Assembly (NCBI GenBank): GCA_016926735.1
Contig: JAFGOA010000114.1
Coordinates: 1-23,831 of the forward strand
DNA length: 23,831 nucleotides
Direction: 5' to 3'
From: Promethearchaeota archaeon
Lineage (GTDB): Archaea > Asgardarchaeota > Lokiarchaeia > Sigyniarchaeales > SOKP01
A program made the position numbers and the translations under genes. The notes under the pieces are model-generated. The model saw only the letters and a program-made list of their open reading frames with translations. It was not told where the DNA came from and did no database searches. Of this stretch, positions 1-8,209 are shown one piece after another; position 1 is the first letter of the stretch; every line of letters begins with the position of its first letter.

Positions 1-1
1 A

Positions 2-118
2 GCTCTATTTGTATTATTTAGAAAAAGAATTATTAGAGCATTTCCTAATTCAACTGGCTTATTTATCCAGGGTATATTTAATTTTGGGATTTTAATTTAC
101 TTACAGAATTTTAAATAA
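2..118 (+). CDS. Possible 3' end of a gene running in from the left edge (…ALFVLFRKRIIRAFPNSTGLFIQGIFNFGILIYLQNFK*)
   Basis: Frame is open from base 2 to TAA at 116-118 and hydrophobic. Start lies outside the window and no family is recognisable. Confidence 0.3.
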   Translation, partial: ALFVLFRKRIIRAFPNSTGLFIQGIFNFGILIYLQNFK

Positions 119-280
119 TGAATATACTCTTTATTTATGGAAGGAAAGATATTACCCAATTCCATTTAAAGTATCTTAAAGGGTCCCAAACTCAGAATAA
201 TTAAATATTAGGAAAAATTGATAATATATAGTAAATAAAATTATATTTAAAATAAAAAAATTTAAAAAATTGAAGTATAA

Positions 281-1021
281 ATGGAAATAGAGTTTTTATA
301 TGAGATTTTTGACACTCTCCCTAGACAAGGACCTGGTGATTCAAAATCAACTCAAAAAGCATATTCTTTTATAGATAATTTACCCCAAAATCCAGAGATC
401 ATCGATATAGGATGTGGTACAGGAGAACAAACAATAGAAATAGCAAAATTATCACAAGGAAACATAATTGGTTTAGATAATTATCAACCATTTCTTGATA
501 AACTAGAAAGGAATGCTAATCTTCAAGGGCTATCTAATGTTAAAACGATCAATAAGTCAATGTTTGAATTAGATTTTCAAGAACATTCTTTTGATATTAT
601 ATGGTCAGAAGGTGCTGTATATATTTATGGATATGAAAAAGCACTTGAAGATTGGAAAAAATTCATAAAAAGTAATGGTTATTTTGTAGTTTCAGAGATT
701 ACATGGTTTAAAGAGAATCCTCCAGAGAATTTAAGGAAGTATTGGGAAAATGAATGTCCAAATATAAAAACTATAGAGGAAAATATAGAGATGATAAAGA
801 AAAAAGGATTCAATTTGATTACTCATTTCAAATTACCAGATTCAAGTTGGTGGGAAAATCTATATAATCCTTTAGAAATAAGATTATCTCTATTAAAGGG
901 AAAATATTTTGGAGATAATGAAAAAATAACTCAATTAAACGATGTTTATGATGAAATTGAAATGTTTCGTAAATATTCAAGTTATTATGGATACACCTTT
1001 TTTGTTACTCAAAAAATATAG
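281..1021 (+). CDS. Class I SAM-dependent methyltransferase
   Basis: Motif I IIDIGCGTG, acidic GLD strand, FDIIWSEGA motif, N-terminal LPRQGPG; 246 aa. Confidence 0.9.
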   Translation: MEIEFLYEIFDTLPRQGPGDSKSTQKAYSFIDNLPQNPEIIDIGCGTGEQTIEIAKLSQGNIIGLDNYQPFLDKLERNANLQGLSNVKTINKSMFELDFQEHSFDIIWSEGAVYIYGYEKALEDWKKFIKSNGYFVVSEITWFKENPPENLRKYWENECPNIKTIEENIEMIKKKGFNLITHFKLPDSSWWENLYNPLEIRLSLLKGKYFGDNEKITQLNDVYDEIEMFRKYSSYYGYTFFVTQKI

Positions 1022-1035
1022 TTTAAATTTTCTTT

Positions 1036-1698
1036 TCATTCTTGGTGTTTTCTTATGTAAAAAATAAAATCTTTATTTTCTCTAATTTTTCGAAGCTTTA
1101 ATATATCAATAAGCAGTTTAACTAATTGAGTTTCTTCATGCTCTGAATATGTAATATATATATCTCTAATAAGCTTTGAATCTACACCTTGAACAAGAAT
1201 TTCTATTTTTTTATATTTTCGATCTACTATTACACTTTTAATATAATTGATACTAAGAAATATTATATTGTTCAGTATTTTTAGAGACTCTGGGACAAAA
1301 AGTGTAAAATCTGTATCAATAAAAAAGTAAAAATTCTTTATAATATAATTTTTATTTGTTATTACTTCATAGGTTTGAAAATTTTTAAGTTCTTTAAAAG
1401 AGAGATCTGAAATATTCTTTATATGGAGATATCCCTCTTGAATTCCAGATATACATAGAAATAATCCATAAATAAGTAATAGGATAATCACTATTAATAT
1501 CCATCCAACATATAATATTAGGACTATCGTTAATACTATCAGAAATAACAATAAAACAATCAGTGGTGTTAATATATAAATAAATTTTAATAGGTTTTCA
1601 TTTTTAATTCCCTTCCACAGAATCCATTCATCATTAAGTAAAAAAGGTTTAAGTTCTTCAAAAATTAATCCTGCATTACATCTTGGCATTATGATCAA
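1036..1698 (-). CDS. Hypothetical membrane protein with two N-terminal TM helices and a possible PH-like C-terminal domain
   Basis: 220-aa ORF. LLNDEWILWKG is followed by two long hydrophobic segments, then a soluble beta-rich region. The PH-like call is inference. Confidence 0.65.
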   Translation of the reverse strand: MIIMPRCNAGLIFEELKPFLLNDEWILWKGIKNENLLKFIYILTPLIVLLLFLIVLTIVLILYVGWILIVIILLLIYGLFLCISGIQEGYLHIKNISDLSFKELKNFQTYEVITNKNYIIKNFYFFIDTDFTLFVPESLKILNNIIFLSINYIKSVIVDRKYKKIEILVQGVDSKLIRDIYITYSEHEETQLVKLLIDILKLRKIRENKDFIFYIRKHQE

Positions 1699-1918
1699 TA
1701 GAAGGAATTATCTGTTTTATATATAAGAATTATATAAAAATATGAATAGTATTTTTAAAAATACTTATTTATCATTCATATTATAATATCAACTCTATAT
1801 ATATTATTTTATATCTGCAATTTTATTCTATAATTATACTATATTCTAATATTTTTAAGAATTTATCAAAAATATCTAAGATATTAGAGAAAAATTATAT
1901 ATTTTAGAATATCATCTT

Positions 1919-2419
1919 CTATTTTGTTAATTCTTTTATCAAATTCTTATTTTCTGGGTATTTATTTATTAATTCCTTTCTTTCTCCCTGAATATAATCA
2001 TTATATTCAAATCCTGGGGCTACAGTTGTACCTAATAGTGCAAAATCGCCTCCATTTATTAATTTTGCTCCTTGCCAAACGTCTTTCGGCACAATTACTT
2101 GAACTTGCATATCATCTAAAATTCTATTACCTAAGATTATTCTTTTACTTGACCCATCAGGATATAATTGCAGCATTTCCACTGGATCTCCAAGATAAAA
2201 ATGAAAAATTTCATCGGATCTAAGTTTATGTATTTCAGAATAGGTATCTTTTGTTAAAAGATAATAGATTGCTGTTCCTATACTTCTTTTGCCGTTATAT
2301 CTTTCTGGAAGGGCTTCTTTTTCTATTATTTCTGAAGAACGATATGTTTCAAAAAAAAATCCTCCTTCTTTTGGATGTGGTATTAGTTTTAATTTTGTTA
2401 TAATTTCTTGTACATTCAT
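1919..2419 (-). CDS. Cupin_5 / DUF985 family protein
   Basis: L.PHP(K)EGG.F.ETYRS, TAIYYLL, H.L.SDEIFHFY.GDP, Q..VP...WQ.A and TVAPGFEY.D motifs. Confidence 0.92.
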   Translation of the reverse strand: MNVQEIITKLKLIPHPKEGGFFFETYRSSEIIEKEALPERYNGKRSIGTAIYYLLTKDTYSEIHKLRSDEIFHFYLGDPVEMLQLYPDGSSKRIILGNRILDDMQVQVIVPKDVWQGAKLINGGDFALLGTTVAPGFEYNDYIQGERKELINKYPENKNLIKELTK

Positions 2420-2569
2420 ATAATCGATTATAATTTATTTTACTTAAAATCATTAATTGAATTTTTAGGATTAATTATAACCTATTTTTTAAGTAGCTAG
2501 TAAAAGGTAAGACCTGATAAAAATAGAAACAAATTTATTCTACTTAAAATTAAATATAATTATATGTAT

Positions 2570-2653
2570 ATGAGACAAATAGAGTGTACCACTCTAACTT
2601 TTGGATTTAAGCCCAAGACAGGGCAAACATTTAACACTGGTTATAAAAATTAA
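2570..2653 (+). CDS. Putative Thr/Lys-rich leader peptide of asd (MRQIECTTLTFGFKPKTGQTFNTGYKN)
   Basis: ATG at 2570 (another in-frame ATG at 2564) to TAA 2651-2653. Has 6 Thr and 3 Lys in 27 aa and lies 240 nt upstream of asd, followed by a C/T-rich tract. Confidence 0.55.
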   Translation: MRQIECTTLTFGFKPKTGQTFNTGYKN

Positions 2654-2893
2654 TCCAATTAAAATCGTCTCTATCGCCTTTTCTATTGTTTTCCGATCTT
2701 TTATTACTTTCAAATCATCACACTTTACCACATGAGATGATTTTATTTAACGATTATTTTTTTATAAAAGAAGATCTATGTAGAGATTTATCGATAATAA
2801 AAGATTTAAAGGGACTTAGTTCAATTAAGGGTCTGTCTAAGCAACTCAGAGGCACAGAACTTAAATTCAATAGACTTTTTATAATAAATAATC

Positions 2894-3985
2894 ATGGAAA
2901 AGATTAATATTGGTATATTAGGAGCTACTGGAATTATTGGTCAAAATTACATCAAATTACTGCAGGATCATCCTTGGTTTCAAATTACAGATCTAGCAGC
3001 ATCTCTTCAATCTGCAGGAAAATCATTTATAGAAGCTGTAAAACATAAATGGCAAATGTCAATACCTATTCCTGAAGAATTAAAAAACTTGATTGTAAGA
3101 GATGTTAAAGATTTTGATTCTATTCCTGAAAATGTTAGTTTTGTGTTTTCTGCTATTAATATGCCATCAAAAGAACAAGTAAAAGAAGTAGAACTAAGAT
3201 ATGCCAAAAATGAAATTCCCGTCGTTAGTAATAACTCTGCACACCGAATGACTTCAGATGTTCCTATGATTATAGGTGAAATAAATCATTCTCATGTCAA
3301 TGTAATTCCTATTCAAAAAAAAAATAGAGAATTCAACAAGGGATTTATTGTAGTAAAACCTAATTGTACTGTTCAAAGTTATCTTACACCAATATATGCT
3401 TTAGAAAAAGCTGGTTATAAAATTGAAAAGTTAATTATTACCACTTTAAATGCACTCTCTGGCGCAGGGTATCCTGGAGTTGCGTCATTGGATATCATAG
3501 ATAATATCATACCTTATGTAGGTGATGGAGAGGAGGAAAAAACTGAGATTGAACCTCATAAAATACTAGGAAAAATAGGTGATAATGGGATCATAAACAA
3601 TGATTCTATCAAAATTAGCGTCACTTCAACAAGGGTACCTATTGTAGATGGTCATACAGCATGTGTTTCTGTAAAATTTAGAGATCAAATACCATCAAAA
3701 GATGAAATTATTAGAATATGGAATGAATTTAAATCACTTCCTCAAGAACTTGATTTACCATTTGCCCCTAAACAACCAATTATATTTTTAGAAAATATTG
3801 ATCGACCTCAACCAAGAAAAGATAGAGATAATGATAAAGGTATGGCAATTTCTGTAGGAAGATTAAGAAAAGACTCAATCTTTGATTATAAATTTATTGG
3901 ATTAAGTCATAATACTATTAGAGGTGCTGCTGGTGGAGCAATTTTAAATGCAGAACTTTTAAAATCTCAAGGATTCATTTCCTAA
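2894..3985 (+). CDS. asd: Aspartate-semialdehyde dehydrogenase (archaeal/fungal type)
   Basis: GATGIIGQ Rossmann motif, SNNSAHRM, catalytic PNC, ALSGAGYPG, RVPIVDGH and HNTIRGAAGGAILNAE. Confidence 0.97.
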   Translation: MEKINIGILGATGIIGQNYIKLLQDHPWFQITDLAASLQSAGKSFIEAVKHKWQMSIPIPEELKNLIVRDVKDFDSIPENVSFVFSAINMPSKEQVKEVELRYAKNEIPVVSNNSAHRMTSDVPMIIGEINHSHVNVIPIQKKNREFNKGFIVVKPNCTVQSYLTPIYALEKAGYKIEKLIITTLNALSGAGYPGVASLDIIDNIIPYVGDGEEEKTEIEPHKILGKIGDNGIINNDSIKISVTSTRVPIVDGHTACVSVKFRDQIPSKDEIIRIWNEFKSLPQELDLPFAPKQPIIFLENIDRPQPRKDRDNDKGMAISVGRLRKDSIFDYKFIGLSHNTIRGAAGGAILNAELLKSQGFIS

Positions 3986-3993
3986 TTTTTTTT
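3986..3993 (+). terminator. Oligo-T terminator after asd
   Basis: T8 run immediately after the asd stop codon, in the 14-bp gap to the convergent gene. Confidence 0.5.
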
Positions 3994-3999
3994 ATTTTA

Positions 4000-5274
4000 T
4001 TATTTTAAATAGAATTCTGTGTCATCTTGATTAAATTCTCCAGTGATTTCTCCTTTCCCTATTAAATCAAATATAATTCCTATAATTTTGTCTGGCTCAA
4101 TTTTTAAAAATCGTTGAATATAATCAATTTTAACATTTTTCTTTACTTTAATTATTCCTAATATTCTATCTTCAAAATTAACTTTCTCAATTTCTTCAAT
4201 TAATCCTTGCTTTTTTTTGGAATAATGAGTATCGAATTTATCTGAGGAAATTTCTTTTTGGTCTACATATGAGGATTCTTTTTTCATTACATTATCCTCA
4301 TATTTAATACTTTCATTTTTAATTTCAGTGTTCATTAATGAATTTTCTTCTATTTGAGCTTCATTAATTTTAATTGATTGTTCGAGTAAGGGACTTTTCT
4401 CCATTAACGTTCCTATTAACGGGGTAGATTCATAACTTAATTCTAAAACTTCTGCTAAAATCCTGATCATTCTATCACGATTTTCATTACGATTAGCAAC
4501 CATGGGATAGGTTATCAACCCTAATTCTTTTTCAATATCTTTTATATCCATGGCTCCTTTTAAATCCTGTTTATTTCCTATAACTGCTGATCTTGCATAT
4601 GGAACTTCCTTTTCTATTAAATCAATAAAAAATTTGCTTTTTTCTATATTATTTAAAGTTGAATCTGTGATAACTAAAACACCATCGCTACCCTTTATAA
4701 AACTCTTCCATAAATAACGAAATTGTTCCTGGCCTGCAAAATCAAAAAGATTAAAAAATAGATCTCCAATCTTGATTGTTGCGATATCTCCAGTAATAGT
4801 TGGGATATGATAAGTAGGGATTTTATCAAGTTTTATTAGTTGTTTTGTGGTTGTTTTTCCTACACCTGAGAAACCAACAATAGATATCTTTGGTTTTAAT
4901 TTTCTATGGAGAGGATCTGCAATTGAATTTATAATATCAGTTTGGTCTTGTGTTAATTTATCATGTATTTGGTTAAAATTAACCTTATCAAATACTTCTT
5001 GTTTGAAAAGAGCTAGTTCTGGTTTAATAGTACTAAAATAATCATCTACTAACCCTGTAATAAATAGAAAAATTAATTCTTTTTCTATATCAACATCATA
5101 TGATACTCTAAACTTAAAATAATCAAAATGATCTGTATTCTTTTCAATTCTCCTTTTAAGTATTTGCCATATTTTATAGCTGAGATCTTCTATTTCTGAA
5201 TCTGATAAAGCATTGCTAAAATATCTTTTGTATAGAAAATCATTTTTTTTTAAAATTATAATCTGCCTTAACAT
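4000..5274 (-). CDS. Asgard small GTPase fusion: longin-like N-terminal domain, Arf-like GTPase, C-terminal winged-helix/PCI-like domain
   Basis: G1 GFSGVGKTT, G2 PTI, G3 DFAGQ, G4 NKQD. About 125-aa N-terminal beta-beta-alpha domain. C-terminal IFDLIGKGEITGEF resembles a winged helix. Confidence 0.85.
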   Translation of the reverse strand: MLRQIIILKKNDFLYKRYFSNALSDSEIEDLSYKIWQILKRRIEKNTDHFDYFKFRVSYDVDIEKELIFLFITGLVDDYFSTIKPELALFKQEVFDKVNFNQIHDKLTQDQTDIINSIADPLHRKLKPKISIVGFSGVGKTTTKQLIKLDKIPTYHIPTITGDIATIKIGDLFFNLFDFAGQEQFRYLWKSFIKGSDGVLVITDSTLNNIEKSKFFIDLIEKEVPYARSAVIGNKQDLKGAMDIKDIEKELGLITYPMVANRNENRDRMIRILAEVLELSYESTPLIGTLMEKSPLLEQSIKINEAQIEENSLMNTEIKNESIKYEDNVMKKESSYVDQKEISSDKFDTHYSKKKQGLIEEIEKVNFEDRILGIIKVKKNVKIDYIQRFLKIEPDKIIGIIFDLIGKGEITGEFNQDDTEFYLK

Positions 5275-5442
5275 ATTGAAAATAAGGATATTTATTGATC
5301 TTTGTAATTTTTATATTAATATCACAAATGATTTCACATATAAATCTCTGCAAAAGAATAATTTTAAAATTTAAATAATAGCAACGATAAATGACTTATA
5401 ATTTTGATGAAAAGTACTATTTAATAGAATACCTTTTACCAA

Positions 5443-6663
5443 TTAAAAGGTTATAGATAATTCTGTGTTGTCTTCATTAAATTCACACTCAATTAGACCA
5501 TTTCTTATAAAATCAAATATATAGTTAATAATTTTATCTGGCTCTATTTTTAATAATCTTTGGATAAAATCAATTTTAACTGATTTTCTGCCTTTCAATA
5601 AAGCAAGTAATCTTTCTTTATAGAGCATATCACTAATCTCATCTTTTAATCCCTGCTTTTTTTCTTGATAATATTCATTTAAATGCTCATCTACCTCCTC
5701 ATTTAATTCTGCATAATGGTCATTTGAATTTTTTTCTTTTTCCATTTCTTTTTTTAATTGAATTGTACTATCCAAATAATGACTTTGCTCAACTAAAGAA
5801 TCAATAAGTGGCGTAGATTCATAACTTAAATCTAAAATTTCTGCAATTATATCTATCATTTTATCATGGTTTTCAATTCTATTAGCAATCATAGAATAGG
5901 TTTTAATCCCTAAGATCTTTTCAATTTCCTTAATATCCATTGCACCTCTTAAATCTTGCTTATTTCCTATTATTGCAGCTCTAGTATGTGGGACCTCGTT
6001 TTCAATTAATTCTAAGAAGAATTTACTTTCATAAACATTATCTTGAGTAGAATCAGTTACGATCAAAACAGAATCACTTCCTTTAATAAATGTCTTCCAT
6101 AGATATCTGAACTCTTCTTGTCCAGCAAAATCAAAAAGATGAAAAAAAAGATCTCCAATTTTAATTGTAGCAATATCCCCCGTTATTGTAGGTACATGTT
6201 GCAAAGGAATTTCATCTAATTTAATTAATTGTTTTATAGTCGTTTTTCCAACTCCAGAAAAACCAACAACAGCAATTTTGGGTTTTAAATTCCTATGCAT
6301 TGGATCAGCTATAGAATTTAATTTAGCTATCTCAGAATTAGAAAGCTTATTTTTTTTTGGTGAAATTTCAATCGATTCGAAAAATTGACTTATAAATATT
6401 GTTAATTGAGGTTTAATTGTTCTAAAATAATCATCTACTAAACCTGTAACAAACATAAAAATTATCTCTTTTTCTATGTCTACCTCATAAGCAATTCGAT
6501 ATTTGAAATAATCTGAATGGTTTGTTGTTTTTTCAAGCTTCTTTTTAGCGATATTCCATATCTTAAAGCTTAGATCTTCCACTTCAGAATCGGTTAAAGC
6601 ATTTCCAAAACTTCTTCTATAAATTATTTCATTTTTTTTAATCACAAAAATTTGTCTAAGCAT
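5443..6663 (-). CDS. Paralogous Asgard small GTPase fusion (longin-like + Arf-like GTPase + winged helix)
   Basis: Same motifs (GFSGVGKTT, PTITGD, DFAGQ, GNKQD) and collinear similarity to 4000..5274 except in the acidic linker. Confidence 0.85.
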   Translation of the reverse strand: MLRQIFVIKKNEIIYRRSFGNALTDSEVEDLSFKIWNIAKKKLEKTTNHSDYFKYRIAYEVDIEKEIIFMFVTGLVDDYFRTIKPQLTIFISQFFESIEISPKKNKLSNSEIAKLNSIADPMHRNLKPKIAVVGFSGVGKTTIKQLIKLDEIPLQHVPTITGDIATIKIGDLFFHLFDFAGQEEFRYLWKTFIKGSDSVLIVTDSTQDNVYESKFFLELIENEVPHTRAAIIGNKQDLRGAMDIKEIEKILGIKTYSMIANRIENHDKMIDIIAEILDLSYESTPLIDSLVEQSHYLDSTIQLKKEMEKEKNSNDHYAELNEEVDEHLNEYYQEKKQGLKDEISDMLYKERLLALLKGRKSVKIDFIQRLLKIEPDKIINYIFDFIRNGLIECEFNEDNTELSITF

Positions 6664-6829
6664 TTTTCTACTATAAGAAAATAGATATTTTCTTTTATAT
6701 GTATATTGTTTTATAGTACTGAAAGCAAACTTCTATCATAGAAAAAGTCAAAATTTCCATTTATAGCTTTTCTTTTTTTTATGAAAAAAAAAATACTTTT
6801 AATATCTTGAAAATCGATATAATACTATC

Positions 6830-6988
6830 ATGACAGAATGTCCAACTTGTGGGAAAGATACTGTAGTAGAAGTCACTTCTGGTAGTTCTAGCACTTGGGG
6901 TTTTTGGTGTTTGAAATGTAATAGTAAATGGTTAGTGAAGTTAGGAAGACGTGAATCAATAGATACCTTATGGTATAAAATTGAATAA
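6830..6988 (+). CDS. Small zinc-ribbon protein (CPxCG type), 52 aa: MTECPTCGKDTVVEVTSGSSSTWGFWCLKCNSKWLVKLGRRESIDTLWYKIE
   Basis: ATG 6830 to TAA 6986-6988, CPTC…CLKC knuckles, TATA-like TTTTAATA at 6797-6804, downstream oligo-T at about 6997-7013. Below the ORF-track size cutoff. Confidence 0.75.
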   Translation: MTECPTCGKDTVVEVTSGSSSTWGFWCLKCNSKWLVKLGRRESIDTLWYKIE

Positions 6989-7085
6989 TTGAAATATTTT
7001 TTTTTTCTTTTTATGAAATATCTCTTATAATATTCCTTAATAATTTAGAAAAACTAGATTATGATTATATTCTCTAATTTTAAAA

Positions 7086-7157
7086 AACATCCGGTGGGAT
7101 TTGAACCCACAATTGATTGCTTCGAAGGCAATTGTCCTATCATTAGACGACGGATGC
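7086..7157 (-). tRNA. trnR: tRNA-Arg(UCG)
   Basis: Acceptor GCATCCG/CGGATGT; anticodon arm ATTGC-CT TCG AA-GCAAT; T arm GTGGG-TTCAAAT-CCCAC. Confidence 0.9.
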
Positions 7158-7181
7158 ATGTTTTAAATCAATAATTTTTAA

Positions 7182-7255
7182 AGAGTCAGAGGGGATTCGA
7201 ACCCCTGAAATAGACGGTTAAGAGCCGCCTGCCTTAACCTCTTGGCTACTGACTC
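7182..7255 (-). tRNA. trnK: tRNA-Lys(CUU)
   Basis: Acceptor GAGTCAG/CTGACTC; anticodon arm GGCGG-CT CTT AA-CCGTC; T arm AGGGG-TTCGAAT-CCCCT. Confidence 0.92.
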
Positions 7256-7348
7256 GTTTCTGATCCTAATCATTAAATTGGAAATTTTATTTTTTAATTT
7301 CTACATCTTTTTTTTTGAATTGGTAATTTCTTAGTTATAAACAATTGA

Positions 7349-7424
7349 TAGGGATGGTGAGATTCGAACTCACGACCTTCGCTTTATAAGAACGATGATC
7401 TCTAAACCACTAATCTACACCCCC
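7349..7424 (-). tRNA. trnI: tRNA-Ile(UAU)
   Basis: Acceptor GGGGGTG/CATCCCT-A; anticodon arm TCGTT-CT TAT AA-AGCGA; T arm GTGAG-TTCGAAT-CTCAC. Close paralog of the Ile(GAU) gene at 8044. Confidence 0.9.
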
Positions 7425-7520
7425 ATTTTTATTATATTTATTCCATGGAATTAAAATGTGCAATTGATTGTTTAGAATATAATAATTCAATTATTTACCA
7501 CATTCGATGATATTAATTAA

Positions 7521-7596
7521 TAGAGGTGTTGGGATTTGAACCCAAGTTTTCCGGCACATGAAACCGACGTCTTCCACCAAGCTAGACCACACCCCT
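7521..7596 (-). tRNA. trnM: tRNA with CAU anticodon (Met; A1:U72, atypical)
   Basis: Acceptor AGGGGTG/CACCTCT-A; anticodon arm TCGGT-TT CAT GT-GCCGG; T arm TTGGG-TTCAAAT-CCCAA. Confidence 0.8.
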
Positions 7597-7607
7597 ATTA
7601 TTATTGA

Positions 7608-7678
7608 TGGGAGTAATTGGATTTGAACCAATGCTACTGGGTTTGGAATCCAGTCTAATTCTCCTATATTATACTCCC
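7608..7678 (-). tRNA. trnW: tRNA-Trp(CCA), intron-less, weak D arm
   Basis: Acceptor GGGAGTA/TACTCCC-A; anticodon arm CTGGA-TT CCA AA-CCCAG with an A·C mismatch; T arm ATTGG-TTCAAAT-CCAAT. Confidence 0.78.
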
Positions 7679-7692
7679 ATTCTTTCTAAAGA

Positions 7693-7765
7693 TAGGAGAG
7701 GTAGGAATCGAACCTACGAAAACCTCCTTGTAAGGGAGGGACAATAGCCGCTATGTGACTCCCCT
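7693..7765 (-). tRNA. trnV: tRNA-Val(UAC)
   Basis: Acceptor AGGGGAG/CTCTCCT-A; anticodon arm CCTCC-CT TAC AA-GGAGG; T arm GTAGG-TTCGATT-CCTAC. Confidence 0.9.
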
Positions 7766-7777
7766 AAATCTAAAATA

Positions 7778-7849
7778 TACACCCAGTAGGATTTGAACCT
7801 ACATTTTATTGCTTAGAAGGCAATTGTCCTTTCATTAGACGATGGGTGT
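7778..7849 (-). tRNA. trnR: tRNA-Arg(UCU)
   Basis: Acceptor ACACCCA/TGGGTGT-A; anticodon arm ATTGC-CT TCT AA-GCAAT; T arm GTAGG-TTCAAAT-CCTAC. Confidence 0.9.
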
Positions 7850-7873
7850 TTATTTTATTCTAATTTTAAATAA

Positions 7874-7946
7874 AGAGTCAGAGGGGGTTTGAACCCCTGA
7901 AATCGGCGGTTAAAGGCCGCTTGCTTTACCACTTAGCTACTGACTC
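7874..7946 (-). tRNA. trnK: tRNA-Lys(UUU), with C33
   Basis: Acceptor GAGTCAG/CTGACTC; anticodon arm (A)GCGG-CC TTT AA-CCGC(C); T arm AGGGG-TTCAAAC-CCCCT. Confidence 0.87.
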
Positions 7947-8043
7947 TTATTTATTTTTCATATTCTCTCAATATTTTATTACAATAATTTTCATCTTTAT
8001 CTCCTTTACTATTTGACCTCTCATTCTTGATTAATATTTAAAT

Positions 8044-8122
8044 TGGTAGGGATGGTGAGATTCGAACTCACGGCCTACGCTTTATCAGAACGTTGATCTT
8101 TAACCCCCTGATCTACATCCCC
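8044..8122 (-). tRNA. trnI: tRNA-Ile(GAU), with encoded 3' CCA
   Basis: Acceptor GGGGATG/CATCCCT-A-CCA; anticodon arm ACGTT-CT GAT AA-AGCGT; T arm GTGAG-TTCGAAT-CTCAC. Confidence 0.93.
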
Positions 8123-8209
8123 TTATTTTTTATCTTCACACATCCTGTGATATAGTCTTATTCTTGCTTCTATTATCTTTTTTCTAATAAAATACTTCTT
8201 ATATTTTAA

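Noticed and set aside
1924-2223. 99-aa + strand ORF
   Set aside because: Antisense shadow of the cupin gene with no motif.
2611-2630. ACAGGGCAAAC resembling the start of a c-di-GMP-I riboswitch
   Set aside because: The GAAA tetraloop stem, GACGCAAAG junction and second stem are absent.
2686-2907. 73-aa ORF (TTG start) overlapping the asd start
   Set aside because: No recognisable protein features, and it crosses the pyrimidine tract and hairpins of the presumed asd leader. Not excluded, but unsupported.
3007-5041. Short ORFs 3007..3207 (-) and 4847..5041 (+)
   Set aside because: Antisense to asd and to the GTPase gene.
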